NCBI GenBank assembly: GCA_965230295.1 | Contig: OZ246001.1 | Coordinates: forward strand, 3,776,001-3,840,000 | Reading direction: 5' to 3' | DNA from: Marinicella sp. | GTDB taxonomy: Bacteria > Pseudomonadota > Gammaproteobacteria > Xanthomonadales > Marinicellaceae | DNA: 64,000 nt | Shown: one piece after another, positions 19,751 through 29,763 of the stretch | Numbering within the stretch: position 1 is the stretch's first letter | Layout of the letters: every line of letters starts with the position of its first letter | Position numbers and translations under genes: made by a program | The notes under the pieces: model-generated | Told to the model about the DNA's origin: nothing | What the model saw: only the letters and a program-made list of their open reading frames with translations | Database searches by the model: none

Positions 19751-21940
19751 ATGAAGTTATCATTGCTATTAGTTTTATTAATCATCAAACAGCCTATTCA
19801 AGCTGGAGAAACTGAGCTCTCAAATCCAATTATGTTTGTTACGCAGTTTCCTATATCGAGTGACTTTGGCACAATTGGATCAACATTTGCAAATCACAGA
19901 GCTGACATAGCGGCTGTAGGTAGAGGCGGTGATTTGTACATCAGATACACTAATGGTGACTTAAGAAACTTAACCAGAGAGGCTGGTTTTGGCCAAGTGG
20001 GATTGCAAACGGGTAACGGGATTGCTGTTCGTGATCCAAGTATACATTGGAGCGGTGAAAAAGCATTGTTTAGTATGGTTGTCGGAGCTCCAGAAAGATT
20101 CGGTTCTAATGAATATTATTGGCAATTATATGAGATAACTGGTTTTGGAGTAGGAGAAACGGTTTCAATAACTAAGATACAAAACCAACCAACTGATTAC
20201 AACAATATCACTCCGATATATGGATCGGATGATGCAATCATTTTTACCTCAGATATGCCCAGGAGCAAAAACAGGCATAATTACCCACAATATGATGAAT
20301 ATGAATCAACACCCACTAATACAGGGTTATGGAGACTTAAAGAAGGTCGTGTCTCTTTGATACAACACTCACCATCTGGTTCTTTTAGTCCCTTAGTTGA
20401 TAGTTATGGTCGACTGGTATTTACACGTTGGGATCATTTGCAAAGAGATCAACAAGCTTCCCCAATAAATATAAATGGAGCCTTTAACTACAGCAGTGAA
20501 TCTCCAAACGCTCAATTACTGAATGAAATCACTGAAGTATTTCCGGAACCAAGACCAATTGAGTTCGATTTATTAAATGGAACCAATCTAGTTGGGCATA
20601 GAAGCAATCATTTCTTCCCTTGGCAAATCAATCAGGATGGCACTGAGGAAGAAACATTAAACCATGTGGGTCGTCATGAGCTTCATAGTTTTTTTGCTAG
20701 ATCTATAAACGATGATTCAAATGTAGTAGATTTCATAATTGGACAAAATCGCCCAAATCAAAACGCCATTCTTAACACCCTTCACTTGAATGAAGATCCC
20801 AACAATCCAGGGAGGTTCCTTGCTATTGATGCTCCAGAATTTCAGACACATTCAGGCGGACAATTGATTTCTTTTGATTTACCACTCGGTGCTGATCCTT
20901 CTTTAGTAACTGTCAGCTATATGAGCCATGAAAGTACTCGCTATGTGGTAGCAGATGGTACCACCGCTTCTCCAGAGCACGTTGGTTTTTTTCGCGAAGC
21001 AAGAACATTAACTGATGGTACTATCATAGCTTCACATACTTCTGAAACGAGGAAGGCCGGTAATGAAGGAACGTTAACTAATCCAGACCCCAGGTATGAT
21101 TTTACCATCAAAACTTTAACTCAAAACCAATCAGGAAATTGGGTGCCTGATTCCAGAATAACAAATTTAAACACAGTCAACATATCCTATTACAATCCTG
21201 ATGAGTTGGTGGATTATACTGGTCCTTTATGGGAGCTAATGCCTGTTGAAGTTGTGGCTCGAGAAGTACCTACTTACACCAGCGAAATTTTGCAGCCCCC
21301 CGAGCTTCAGGTTTTTGCTGAGGAAAATGTTGATGTCCAGTTATTTAAGGAATTTCTGAAAAACTATCGATTGGCACTTGCGGTGATGCGCGATGTAACT
21401 ACAAGGGATGAATTAGATTTACAACAGCCCTATAACCTCAAAGTGGCAAGCAGTGATCATCAAACTATTGCTAATAGTGGTCAATTATATGAAATTTCAC
21501 ACATGCAATTTTTCCAAGGAGATCAAATCAGGGGATATGGTGGAATAGATTCCCCCTTAAGTGGGCAGAGAGTTTTGGCTCAATTTCAACATGATTTAGC
21601 AGCCGATAAATATAATCTTCCATTCTCATCAAACCCACCTGGAAGTACTGAAATCTTTTCAGATGGTTCAGTTGCATTCTTAGTACCTGCTAACCGAGCG
21701 ATGAGCTGGCAAACTCTCGCTCCTGATGGTGAGGCTGTTGTGCGAGAACGTTACTGGGTAAACTTCCAACCAGGTGAAATTAGGGCGTGTGGTGGATGCC
21801 ATGGAGTCAATCAAGTTGATCAAGCAGGGCAGTTACCGTCCACTCAAAAACCAGAAGCTTTGCGAGCATTGTTAGCACATTGGAAAAACACATTCACAGA
21901 CTTAATTAAGAAGCATGACTTTGAGGTTGTTGAGCAATGA
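19751..21940 (+). CDS. Secreted HzsA (hydrazine synthase alpha)-like beta-propeller protein with C-terminal CxxCH heme-binding motif
   Basis: GAGGAG RBS before ATG 19751; TolB-like propeller motifs (RDPSIHWSG, FSPLVDSYGR); WVNFQPGEIRACGGCHG; degenerate tail DLIKKHDFE. Confidence 0.75.
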   Translation: MKLSLLLVLLIIKQPIQAGETELSNPIMFVTQFPISSDFGTIGSTFANHRADIAAVGRGGDLYIRYTNGDLRNLTREAGFGQVGLQTGNGIAVRDPSIHWSGEKALFSMVVGAPERFGSNEYYWQLYEITGFGVGETVSITKIQNQPTDYNNITPIYGSDDAIIFTSDMPRSKNRHNYPQYDEYESTPTNTGLWRLKEGRVSLIQHSPSGSFSPLVDSYGRLVFTRWDHLQRDQQASPININGAFNYSSESPNAQLLNEITEVFPEPRPIEFDLLNGTNLVGHRSNHFFPWQINQDGTEEETLNHVGRHELHSFFARSINDDSNVVDFIIGQNRPNQNAILNTLHLNEDPNNPGRFLAIDAPEFQTHSGGQLISFDLPLGADPSLVTVSYMSHESTRYVVADGTTASPEHVGFFREARTLTDGTIIASHTSETRKAGNEGTLTNPDPRYDFTIKTLTQNQSGNWVPDSRITNLNTVNISYYNPDELVDYTGPLWELMPVEVVAREVPTYTSEILQPPELQVFAEENVDVQLFKEFLKNYRLALAVMRDVTTRDELDLQQPYNLKVASSDHQTIANSGQLYEISHMQFFQGDQIRGYGGIDSPLSGQRVLAQFQHDLAADKYNLPFSSNPPGSTEIFSDGSVAFLVPANRAMSWQTLAPDGEAVVRERYWVNFQPGEIRACGGCHGVNQVDQAGQLPSTQKPEALRALLAHWKNTFTDLIKKHDFEVVEQ

Positions 21941-22016
21941 TGTGTTTGATGAAAAAAATACAAATTGGTTTTTAAATAAATAATAAATCAGATCTATTAA
22001 AACATGGAATGACTGG

Positions 22017-22451
22017 ATGAGAAGACGAATAATTACAAAAGAAATTTTAATTGATGCCAGACCTGAAAAGGTATTTGATGCCTTGACAACGCCTGAAAAA
22101 ATCATAATTTTTTTTCCAGTTAGCGAAGTGATCTCAAATTGGGAAGTTGGAGGAGTTGTTGAATTTAAAGGAGGTACAAATGATCAATCCTTTACAAACT
22201 ATGGTGTAATAACAGAGTTTACCAAGCCTCATCATTTTACCTATCAATACTGGATTAATAACTATGGAGAAGAAAAAACCCCTGAGAACCATATTTATAT
22301 CAGCTACTCTTTAACAAGAAAAGATAACCTAACTAAGCTACAAGTGGTTCAAAGGAACATAAGATCACAAGAGTTGTTTGAAACTATGGATAACGTTGTT
22401 TGGGGCAATATCCTTAATAGCCTTAAAAATTATGTAGAGTTAGATACGTAA
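22017..22451 (+). CDS. SRPBCC/AHSA1 (START-like) domain protein
   Basis: ITKEILIDARPEKVFDALT...W.VG...WGNILNSLKNYVE pattern. Confidence 0.85.
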   Translation: MRRRIITKEILIDARPEKVFDALTTPEKIIIFFPVSEVISNWEVGGVVEFKGGTNDQSFTNYGVITEFTKPHHFTYQYWINNYGEEKTPENHIYISYSLTRKDNLTKLQVVQRNIRSQELFETMDNVVWGNILNSLKNYVELDT

Positions 22452-22804
22452 TAACACTTCTTCAATAACTTTTACATCAATGTTGAAATCGGATAATAAA
22501 TTAAAATTTCAGGCTTCGAATGTATTTTGGTGTGATTGTCATACTATTCTGATTTGATTGTTAACAAAGAAAACCGAACTTAATAGATGATGAATTTTAA
22601 GTTATACATGTACCCAACTATTATGTTTGGCTTAAATACAGTGAAAATTTTGAAAATTAACCACTCTAACATATCAATATTTTAGACTTAATCTTACTAG
22701 AACAATTCGAATTAAAATATTTAGTAACTTGTCACAAGTTATCTTTCAGTTAATGATTTTATTGATTGTGATTACTATTAATGAAGAATTAGTACGAGGG
22801 AAAA

Positions 22805-25800
22805 ATGAAATTCATAATTACAATTGCACTACTTTTGGGATTGGTGGCTGCACCCGTTGATGCAGAAAAAAAAGAATCATCTAAATTGATGACAGATAAA
22901 CTGTTTTCTGGGATGAAACTAAGAAATATTGGTCCTGCTTATATGTCAGGACGAATTGCGGATATTGAAGTTGACCCAAACAATCCTTCGATTTGGTATG
23001 TGGCTGTTGGCTCAGGTGGGGTATGGAAAACCGCTAATGGCGGCATTACCTGGGATCCAATTTTTGATAGCCAACCCGTTTATTCGATCGGTGATGTCAC
23101 TCTTGATCCTAGTAACTCAAACATTGTTTGGGTAGGCACAGGCGAAAACAATGCTGGTCGTCACTTGAGTTTTGGTGATGGCATTTACCGTTCACTTGAT
23201 GGTGGTGCTACTTGGACCAACATGGGGCTAAAAAAATCTGAACATATTTCAGATATTATTATTCACCCCAAAGATTCCAATACGGTTTGGGTTGCTGTTC
23301 AAGGCCCTTTATGGACTAAAGGTGGTCAAAGAGGATTATATAAAACTACTGATGGTGGTATGAACTGGAAAAACATACTTGAATTTAATGAGTGGACAGG
23401 TGTTACATCATTAGTCATGGATTCTCGAAATCCAGATAAACTTTATGCGGCCAGTTGGCAAAGACAGAGAACATTGCCAACCTATGTAGGAACCGGCCCC
23501 GGTTCTGGTATTCATACCACAGATGATGGTGGTAAAACCTGGAGAAAATTAAGTGGAGGTTTACCTATTGAAGATATGGGTAAAATTGGCTTAGCCATTT
23601 CAGCCCAAAATCCTGATGTTGTTTATGCCGCGATTGAAGTAAACCAACGTAAAGGTGGTGTTTATCGCTCAACTAACCAAGGTGCCAGCTGGAACAAAAT
23701 GTCCGATGAAGTAGGAAGTGGAACCGGTCCTCACTATTACCAAGAAATCTATACTGACCCACATCGTGATGATCGAATTTACTTAATGAGTAATAACAGT
23801 AAATACAGTAATGACGGTGGTAAGACTTGGGCCAATTTAAGTAATCAGTATAAGCATGTTGATGATCATGCCATGGCTTTTCATCCAAAAGACCCTTATT
23901 TTATGCTAGTGGGCAGTGACGGTGGTGTGTATGAATCAAGAGACGACATGAAGAATTGGCGTTATATGCAGAATTTACCAATTACTCAGTTTTATAAAAT
24001 AGCAGTTGATGATTCTATGCCTTTTTACTATATTTATGGCGGTACTCAAGATAATGCATCCCAAGGAGGCCCTTCACGAACAACCAGAGCACATGGAATT
24101 AAGAATAGTGACTGGTTTTTGATTTTGAATTGGGACGGACACCAACCGGCTACAGAACCTGGTAACCCAGATATTGTTTATGGGCAAAGACAAGAAGGTA
24201 ATCTGGCTCGATACCATCGCAAAACCAACGAATACGTATCAATTCAACCACAAGCCAGACCAGGTGAGCCAGGCGAGCGTTACAATTGGGATGCTCCAAT
24301 TTTAGTTTCAGCTCATGATCCGAAGCGCCTTTACCATGCTTCCCAGAGAGTATGGCGTTCTGATGATAGAGGTAACAGTTGGCGCACCATTTCAGGCGAT
24401 TTAACCAAGAATGAAAACAGAATGCATATACCGGTAATGGATCGTACGTGGTCAGTAAATTCTGGGTTTGATCTTTACGCTATGTCTAATTACAACACCA
24501 TCACAAACATCGCTGAATCACCACTTGATGAAAATATTTTGTACGTCGGTACGGATGATGGCTTGATTCAAGTGACATCAGATGGTGGAGCAAATTGGCA
24601 GCGTCATCAACTGGCTAACATCAGAGGCGTCCCTGAAACTGCATATGTGAACGACATTCGAGCAGATTTATTTGACAAAGACACGGTTTATGCTGCTTTA
24701 GATAATCACAAGCATGGTGATTACAACCCTTATCTGATTAAAAGTACCAATCGTGGAAAGTCTTGGAAATCTATCGCATCGAATTTACCCAATAATCATT
24801 TCGTTTGGAGGATTGTCCAAGATCATGTGAATAAAAATCTATTTTTTGTGGGTACAGAATTTGGATTGTTCTTTACTGTTAATGCAGGTAAAGATTGGGT
24901 TAAATTAACAGGTGATGTACCAACTATTTCTTTCCGAGATGTAAAAATTCAACGCCGCGAGAATGACTTGGTTGCAGGCAGTTTTGGCCGTGGTATATTT
25001 ATTTTAGATGACTATTCACCCTTGCGGAGTATCAGTGAATCAACACTTAGACAAGATGCTTTGTTGTTTCCCTCAAGAGATGCCCTCTGGTACATACCAG
25101 ATGCCTTACATACAAATTCGCACGGGGATTTTGAATACCGAGCCAAGAATCCAGATTTTGGTGCCACATTCACTTATTATCTGCGCGATGGTGTTAAATC
25201 AATGAAAGCGCTTCGAGAGGAGAAAGAGCAAAAGAACATACAGAAGGGAGAGTACCCATTGTATCCGGCCTTGGATATGATTGAGGCTGAAGTCAGAGAA
25301 ACAAAACCAGAAGTTTATTTACTTATAAAAGACAGTGAAGACAACATTGTTCGCAAGGTTGCTGCAAAAACAGGAAAAGGGCTTCACCGAGTCACTTGGA
25401 ATTTGCGCAAACCGTCTACAAATGCATTAGGCACAGCGCCAAGCTTTTTTGGAAATGTAGGCTCTTTAGTAGCGCCAGGTGAGTACAGTGCATCGTTGCA
25501 CGCAAAAATCGGTGGTCAAACGAGTATGTTGACACCAGCTGTTCGTTTTAATGTAATAGCACTTCATCAAGAAAATGAGGATGGTGCCGTTTCACCTCAA
25601 AAACGTACTGAGCTTATGCATGATGTTGATAATTTAAGGCGACATGTTTCAACAGCAAACAGTCAAGTCAAATTTCTAGAAAGTCAATTGACTTTCATAC
25701 AAACTGCGATGGATCGCTCTGCTACAATTTCTGCTGAATTGGAAGATAAATACCAACAATTGAGAGCAGCTGTATTTGAAATAGATAAGGTTCTAAATGG

Positions 25801-26059
25801 TTACTCATTCAGTAGAGGCTTAAATGCCATAGGTGCTGCACCTGCCACACTTTCAGACCGTATGTTTATGATTGAATTTGCCAAAGCCAACACTTGGGGT
25901 CTGACAGATACTCAAAAACAACAAATTGTATATGTGAAAGATGCATTAGGTAAGTTGCAGCCAAAAATTAAAAGATTGATGCAAAAAGAGTTCCCAGCTT
26001 TTAAAGCTTCACTTCTGAAAGCAGGTGCCCCCGGGATTCCAGCAGGTGTAATTGAATAA
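22805..26059 (+). CDS. Secreted VPS10/sortilin-like BNR (Asp-box) repeat glycosyl-hydrolase-like protein
   Basis: RNIGPAYMSGRIAD N-terminus, many S/TxDGGxTW Asp-boxes, GGTQDN motif, C-terminal coiled coil; lacks the FxxGF tail. Confidence 0.88.
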   Translation: MKFIITIALLLGLVAAPVDAEKKESSKLMTDKLFSGMKLRNIGPAYMSGRIADIEVDPNNPSIWYVAVGSGGVWKTANGGITWDPIFDSQPVYSIGDVTLDPSNSNIVWVGTGENNAGRHLSFGDGIYRSLDGGATWTNMGLKKSEHISDIIIHPKDSNTVWVAVQGPLWTKGGQRGLYKTTDGGMNWKNILEFNEWTGVTSLVMDSRNPDKLYAASWQRQRTLPTYVGTGPGSGIHTTDDGGKTWRKLSGGLPIEDMGKIGLAISAQNPDVVYAAIEVNQRKGGVYRSTNQGASWNKMSDEVGSGTGPHYYQEIYTDPHRDDRIYLMSNNSKYSNDGGKTWANLSNQYKHVDDHAMAFHPKDPYFMLVGSDGGVYESRDDMKNWRYMQNLPITQFYKIAVDDSMPFYYIYGGTQDNASQGGPSRTTRAHGIKNSDWFLILNWDGHQPATEPGNPDIVYGQRQEGNLARYHRKTNEYVSIQPQARPGEPGERYNWDAPILVSAHDPKRLYHASQRVWRSDDRGNSWRTISGDLTKNENRMHIPVMDRTWSVNSGFDLYAMSNYNTITNIAESPLDENILYVGTDDGLIQVTSDGGANWQRHQLANIRGVPETAYVNDIRADLFDKDTVYAALDNHKHGDYNPYLIKSTNRGKSWKSIASNLPNNHFVWRIVQDHVNKNLFFVGTEFGLFFTVNAGKDWVKLTGDVPTISFRDVKIQRRENDLVAGSFGRGIFILDDYSPLRSISESTLRQDALLFPSRDALWYIPDALHTNSHGDFEYRAKNPDFGATFTYYLRDGVKSMKALREEKEQKNIQKGEYPLYPALDMIEAEVRETKPEVYLLIKDSEDNIVRKVAAKTGKGLHRVTWNLRKPSTNALGTAPSFFGNVGSLVAPGEYSASLHAKIGGQTSMLTPAVRFNVIALHQENEDGAVSPQKRTELMHDVDNLRRHVSTANSQVKFLESQLTFIQTAMDRSATISAELEDKYQQLRAAVFEIDKVLNGYSFSRGLNAIGAAPATLSDRMFMIEFAKANTWGLTDTQKQQIVYVKDALGKLQPKIKRLMQKEFPAFKASLLKAGAPGIPAGVIE

Positions 26060-26149
26060 TTAAAAGAGTGTTTTTTTACATCATTGAACACGACTTTCAG
26101 AGAGGGAGGAACTGTTTCCTCTAATTTTCAAGAAAATTAATCCTGTATC

Positions 26150-26230
26150 ATCGAAGTTGTATATTTAACTGGTTTTGACAGATCGTCTTATTATACACGT
26201 AACATTTTATTTCATTAACAATAACATAAA
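26150..26230 (+). pseudogene. Tiny remnant of an AraC-HTH 3' end
   Basis: gaagttgtatatttaactggttttgacag (EVVYLTGFD) matches HTCS EVAYLTGFD; followed by a TGCAAC box as at 16531. Confidence 0.5.
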
Positions 26231-26259
26231 GTATGGCCTAACCCTGATGTTAGTTTATG

Positions 26260-26323
26260 TGCAACAATTTCAATGCATTTGACAACAATGTTAATAATTA
26301 ATAATTATTTGCTGTACTAAAAT
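26260..26323 (+). promoter_or_regulatory. TGCAAC box with -10 element (orphaned)
   Basis: tgcaac 26260 and gacaac 26281; TAAAAT at 26318. Confidence 0.55.
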
Positions 26324-26864
26324 TTAGACATGCCATAAGTGTTTAAGACAATATGGAATTAGTAAAGAAAACAACTTAAGGCATTTTGCAATCGCGCCCT
26401 GAGAAATGAAGGCAGCTTTCTATCACACACTCACTAACCTGCTGGATTATCAATGGGCGCCTTTCAACTTCATGGAAAGGTTTAAGAGTCAACTGATTTT
26501 GTGATGAAATATCGTTTATATCACCGCACTTGAGTATTTAATTATTCTTAAATTTTGAAGCACATAAATTTAATAGGGCAGGTGTAATATTGAATTGTTA
26601 GCTCTAAGAATAAAATAACTTCAAAAAAATTATTTCAACCTATCGTGCTGACCTATCAATTGCATGTCATTCAACATCGTTACAATCCATTTTGTAGACC
26701 ACCACGACTACTAGTTCAGCTAGTAAGTGGTGGGATACCACAGTGCATCAATTTTAATTGAAATTGCAATTTTATTAATAACGACATCACATGCTAGAAA
26801 ATAAAATAATTGAATTAGGGTTCGCTTCTTAAAGCTAACTCAATTTTTTTGAATTTTAATATGT

Positions 26865-27443
26865 GTGTTTAAAATTATGATAAAAACTATTAATCAATTG
26901 GTAATTTTGGCTGGTCCCAAGTGTGTAGGGAAATCCACTTTCATGAGCGATTTATTAGATAATGAACCACCATTTATACACAAGTGTTTGGGTACTGATG
27001 AAAATCAAAAGTGGCATTTATTGAAACCAGAATATCTTGATAAAAAAGAATGGCCTGCTGCATCAAATCTTATTTGGGATTATGACTTTAATCACCCAAT
27101 CATCAGAAATCTTAAAAGCTATAAAGATGATAGCATGGTGTGTTTAATTAGATCTGCGAAACTTATAAATTTTGTAACAATGTGGTGCCCCAAACATGAA
27201 ATGATTAATCGCTTAAATAATCAGATTTTAAAAATGGATGATGAGAGTTTAAAAAATAAACTAATATGGCTTAGATGGTTGTACCAAACTGATGGCTTGT
27301 TAAGCAAAGTTTATTCCAATTGGTTTAAATTTATTACAGAATTTGAGGCTAATAACTGGCTGTTATTAAATAGTCAAAATGAAATAGAGCTTTCTGCTCT
27401 TAATATTGATAAATATCACTCAAATGTTGCCCCTTACATTTAA
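26865..27443 (+). CDS. Small P-loop protein (kinase/sulfotransferase-like), start possibly 26877
   Basis: LVILAGPKCVGKST Walker A at the N-terminus. Confidence 0.65.
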   Translation: MFKIMIKTINQLVILAGPKCVGKSTFMSDLLDNEPPFIHKCLGTDENQKWHLLKPEYLDKKEWPAASNLIWDYDFNHPIIRNLKSYKDDSMVCLIRSAKLINFVTMWCPKHEMINRLNNQILKMDDESLKNKLIWLRWLYQTDGLLSKVYSNWFKFITEFEANNWLLLNSQNEIELSALNIDKYHSNVAPYI

Positions 27444-27494
27444 TTTTATATATGTATAAAAACTTAGCTGAAATTGAACCACACTAAAGTGTTC

Positions 27495-27564
27495 GCGCCC
27501 TTGAATGAGAAGTTTGTTTTCTCTCTCTCTTCAAACAGATATTTCATCTCAAGGGCGCCTTTTT
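27495..27564 (+). terminator. Large-loop 3' hairpin (divergent family member)
   Basis: gcgcccttga...(ct)n loop...tcaagggcgc followed by a T-tract. Confidence 0.55.
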
Positions 27565-27814
27565 ATATTACAGTTCATGTAAAATTGACTTAAACGCTGA
27601 ATGTTTTTTGTACAACTAAAAAAGATCAGATCCCACATACACTTTATTTCCTTCATAATTGCAACCACAAAACCGTTGGTACATTTAAAACCTTAATTAA
27701 TGTGTGCACCATCAATTCAACTTGAGTGTTTTGTTTAGCAGCTGTTCTCAGGTTGCAATTTATTATTAATGCGCCTCCATTTAAAACCTTTTCAATAAGT
27801 CGCTTAAATGGCCT

Positions 27815-27879
27815 TGCAACAAAACTGATAGAAGTTGCAACGAACCTGATCGTTATTTTTTCATGTGCAAGTGTAAACT
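27815..27879 (+). promoter_or_regulatory. TGCAAC-N15-TGCAAC box with -10 element
   Basis: tgcaac 27815 and 27836; TAAACT at 27874. Confidence 0.75.
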
Positions 27880-27982
27880 CTTCGACATAGTAATTCTTCC
27901 GATATGTGACTCGCTTTCACTACAAGATTTAGGTTCGCATTGACTTGTATGGACATGCATTAAAAACAAAACAGGTTTAGTT

Positions 27983-29635
27983 ATGAAAATAAACAAAATA
28001 GTATTTTTACTGACGCTATTATTCAGTCATCTATCTGTGATGGCACAATTACTCAGCGAAGTCGACTTATCTAGTTTGGATGGTCAAAATGGCTTTGTCA
28101 TCAATGGTGAATCTTTAGGTCTTTTTGGCGGTTCAGTCAGTTCTGCAGGCGATGTCAATGGTGATGGGCTTGGTGATTTTATTGTTGGGGCTCCGTTCGC
28201 CTCTAGTTCAAACAGTGATGTGGAGGTTCGTGAGAGGGTTGGCAAGAGTTATGTGATCTTTGGCAGTGAGGAAGGTTTTTCCAATCCGTTTGATTTATCC
28301 ACTCTCGATGGCGGGAATGGATTTGTTATAAATGGCGAGAATGCAGATGATCTTACGGGTTATTCTGTCAGTTCAGCCGGCGATGTCAATAGTGATGGTA
28401 TTGATGATTTAGTCATTGGTGCGTATGGCGCAGATCCATATGGTGGGCCAGAAAATGCTGGTAGAAGTTATGTGATTTTTGGCAGTGACGAAGAGAATGG
28501 TTTTTCCAGTTCGTTAAACGTGACTGATGTTGATGGTGAAAATGGCTTTGTCATCAATGGTGAAAATATGAATGATTATTCGGGTGTTTCAGTCAGTTTG
28601 GCGGGTGATGTTAATGGTGATGGGGTTGGTGATTTAATTATCGGGGCAGATTTTGCTGATCCGCATGGATTAAAAAATGCTGGTGTATGTTATGTGATTT
28701 TTGGCAAAAGGGTTGATGGCAGTAAGATTGGTTTTCCTCATCCGTTTAACCTATCTACTCTCGATGGTGAGAACGGCTTTGCTATCAATGGCGGAAGTGT
28801 AAGTGGTTTTCTGGGACGTGAAGTCAGCTCGGCCGGTGATGTCAATGGTGATGGGATTGATGATTTGATCATGGGTGCAGCTAGTGCAGATATAGGCGGT
28901 CAGTTTAATGTTGGTAAAAGTTATGTGATTTTTGGCAGCGACGAAGAGAATGGTTTGCCTCATCCGTTTAACCTGGTTGACCTTAATGGTGACAATGGAT
29001 TTGTCATTATTGGCGAAAATGAAGATGATTCGTCGGGTAGATCTGCCAGTTCAGCTGGCGATGTCAATGGTGATGGAATTGACGATCTGATAGTTGGAGC
29101 GTCTGGAGCTAATAAAAATTATGTGATCTATGGCCGCAGAATTGATTTCCCTCATCCATTTAACCTATCCACCCTGGATGGTGGTAGAAATGGTTTTGTT
29201 ATTAATGGCGAAAATGCAGGTGACGCTTTGGGTTCGTCAGTCAGTGCATTAGGCGATCTCAATGGTGATCAAATTGATGATTTGTTTGTTGGGGCTCCTG
29301 GTGCAGATCCTGATGGCAGATCAAATGCCGGTAAAAGTTATGTTGTCTTTGGGAGGAACGGTGGTTTACCCAATCCGTTTAATCTGTCTAACCTTAACAT
29401 CGACAACTGTCATAAAGGTATTACCATTAATGGTGAAAGTATAGATGATCTTTCAGGTTGGAGACTCAGTTCAGCAGGTGATGTCAATGGTGATGAAATT
29501 AATGATTTGATTATTGGAGTACCTGGTGCAGGTTCGGTTGGTAAAAGTTATGTGATCTTTGGAAAGAATGATAGCGCTGATATAGGCGGCGACAATGGTG
29601 ACACAATCTTTAAAAGCGGTTTTGAATGTATCTAG
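27983..29635 (+). CDS. Secreted FG-GAP 7-repeat protein, DTIFKSGFECI tail
   Basis: Signal peptide ending VMA-Q, seven FG-GAP repeats. Confidence 0.92.
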   Translation: MKINKIVFLLTLLFSHLSVMAQLLSEVDLSSLDGQNGFVINGESLGLFGGSVSSAGDVNGDGLGDFIVGAPFASSSNSDVEVRERVGKSYVIFGSEEGFSNPFDLSTLDGGNGFVINGENADDLTGYSVSSAGDVNSDGIDDLVIGAYGADPYGGPENAGRSYVIFGSDEENGFSSSLNVTDVDGENGFVINGENMNDYSGVSVSLAGDVNGDGVGDLIIGADFADPHGLKNAGVCYVIFGKRVDGSKIGFPHPFNLSTLDGENGFAINGGSVSGFLGREVSSAGDVNGDGIDDLIMGAASADIGGQFNVGKSYVIFGSDEENGLPHPFNLVDLNGDNGFVIIGENEDDSSGRSASSAGDVNGDGIDDLIVGASGANKNYVIYGRRIDFPHPFNLSTLDGGRNGFVINGENAGDALGSSVSALGDLNGDQIDDLFVGAPGADPDGRSNAGKSYVVFGRNGGLPNPFNLSNLNIDNCHKGITINGESIDDLSGWRLSSAGDVNGDEINDLIIGVPGAGSVGKSYVIFGKNDSADIGGDNGDTIFKSGFECI

Positions 29636-29763
29636 GAATAAATTGTTTATTAAAAAGAATTCTCAGTTCTGAGGAGCAAGGCTGACCCTTTTGTGTATAT
29701 AGGCGTCAGACTGGGTTAGCCATTCTGGCAAATGTTATTTAATTAATAAAAATAAAGAAAGTT

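Noticed and set aside
19751-21940. True hydrazine synthase (anammox)
   Set aside because: No hzsB/hzsC or other anammox genes nearby; only domain-level resemblance
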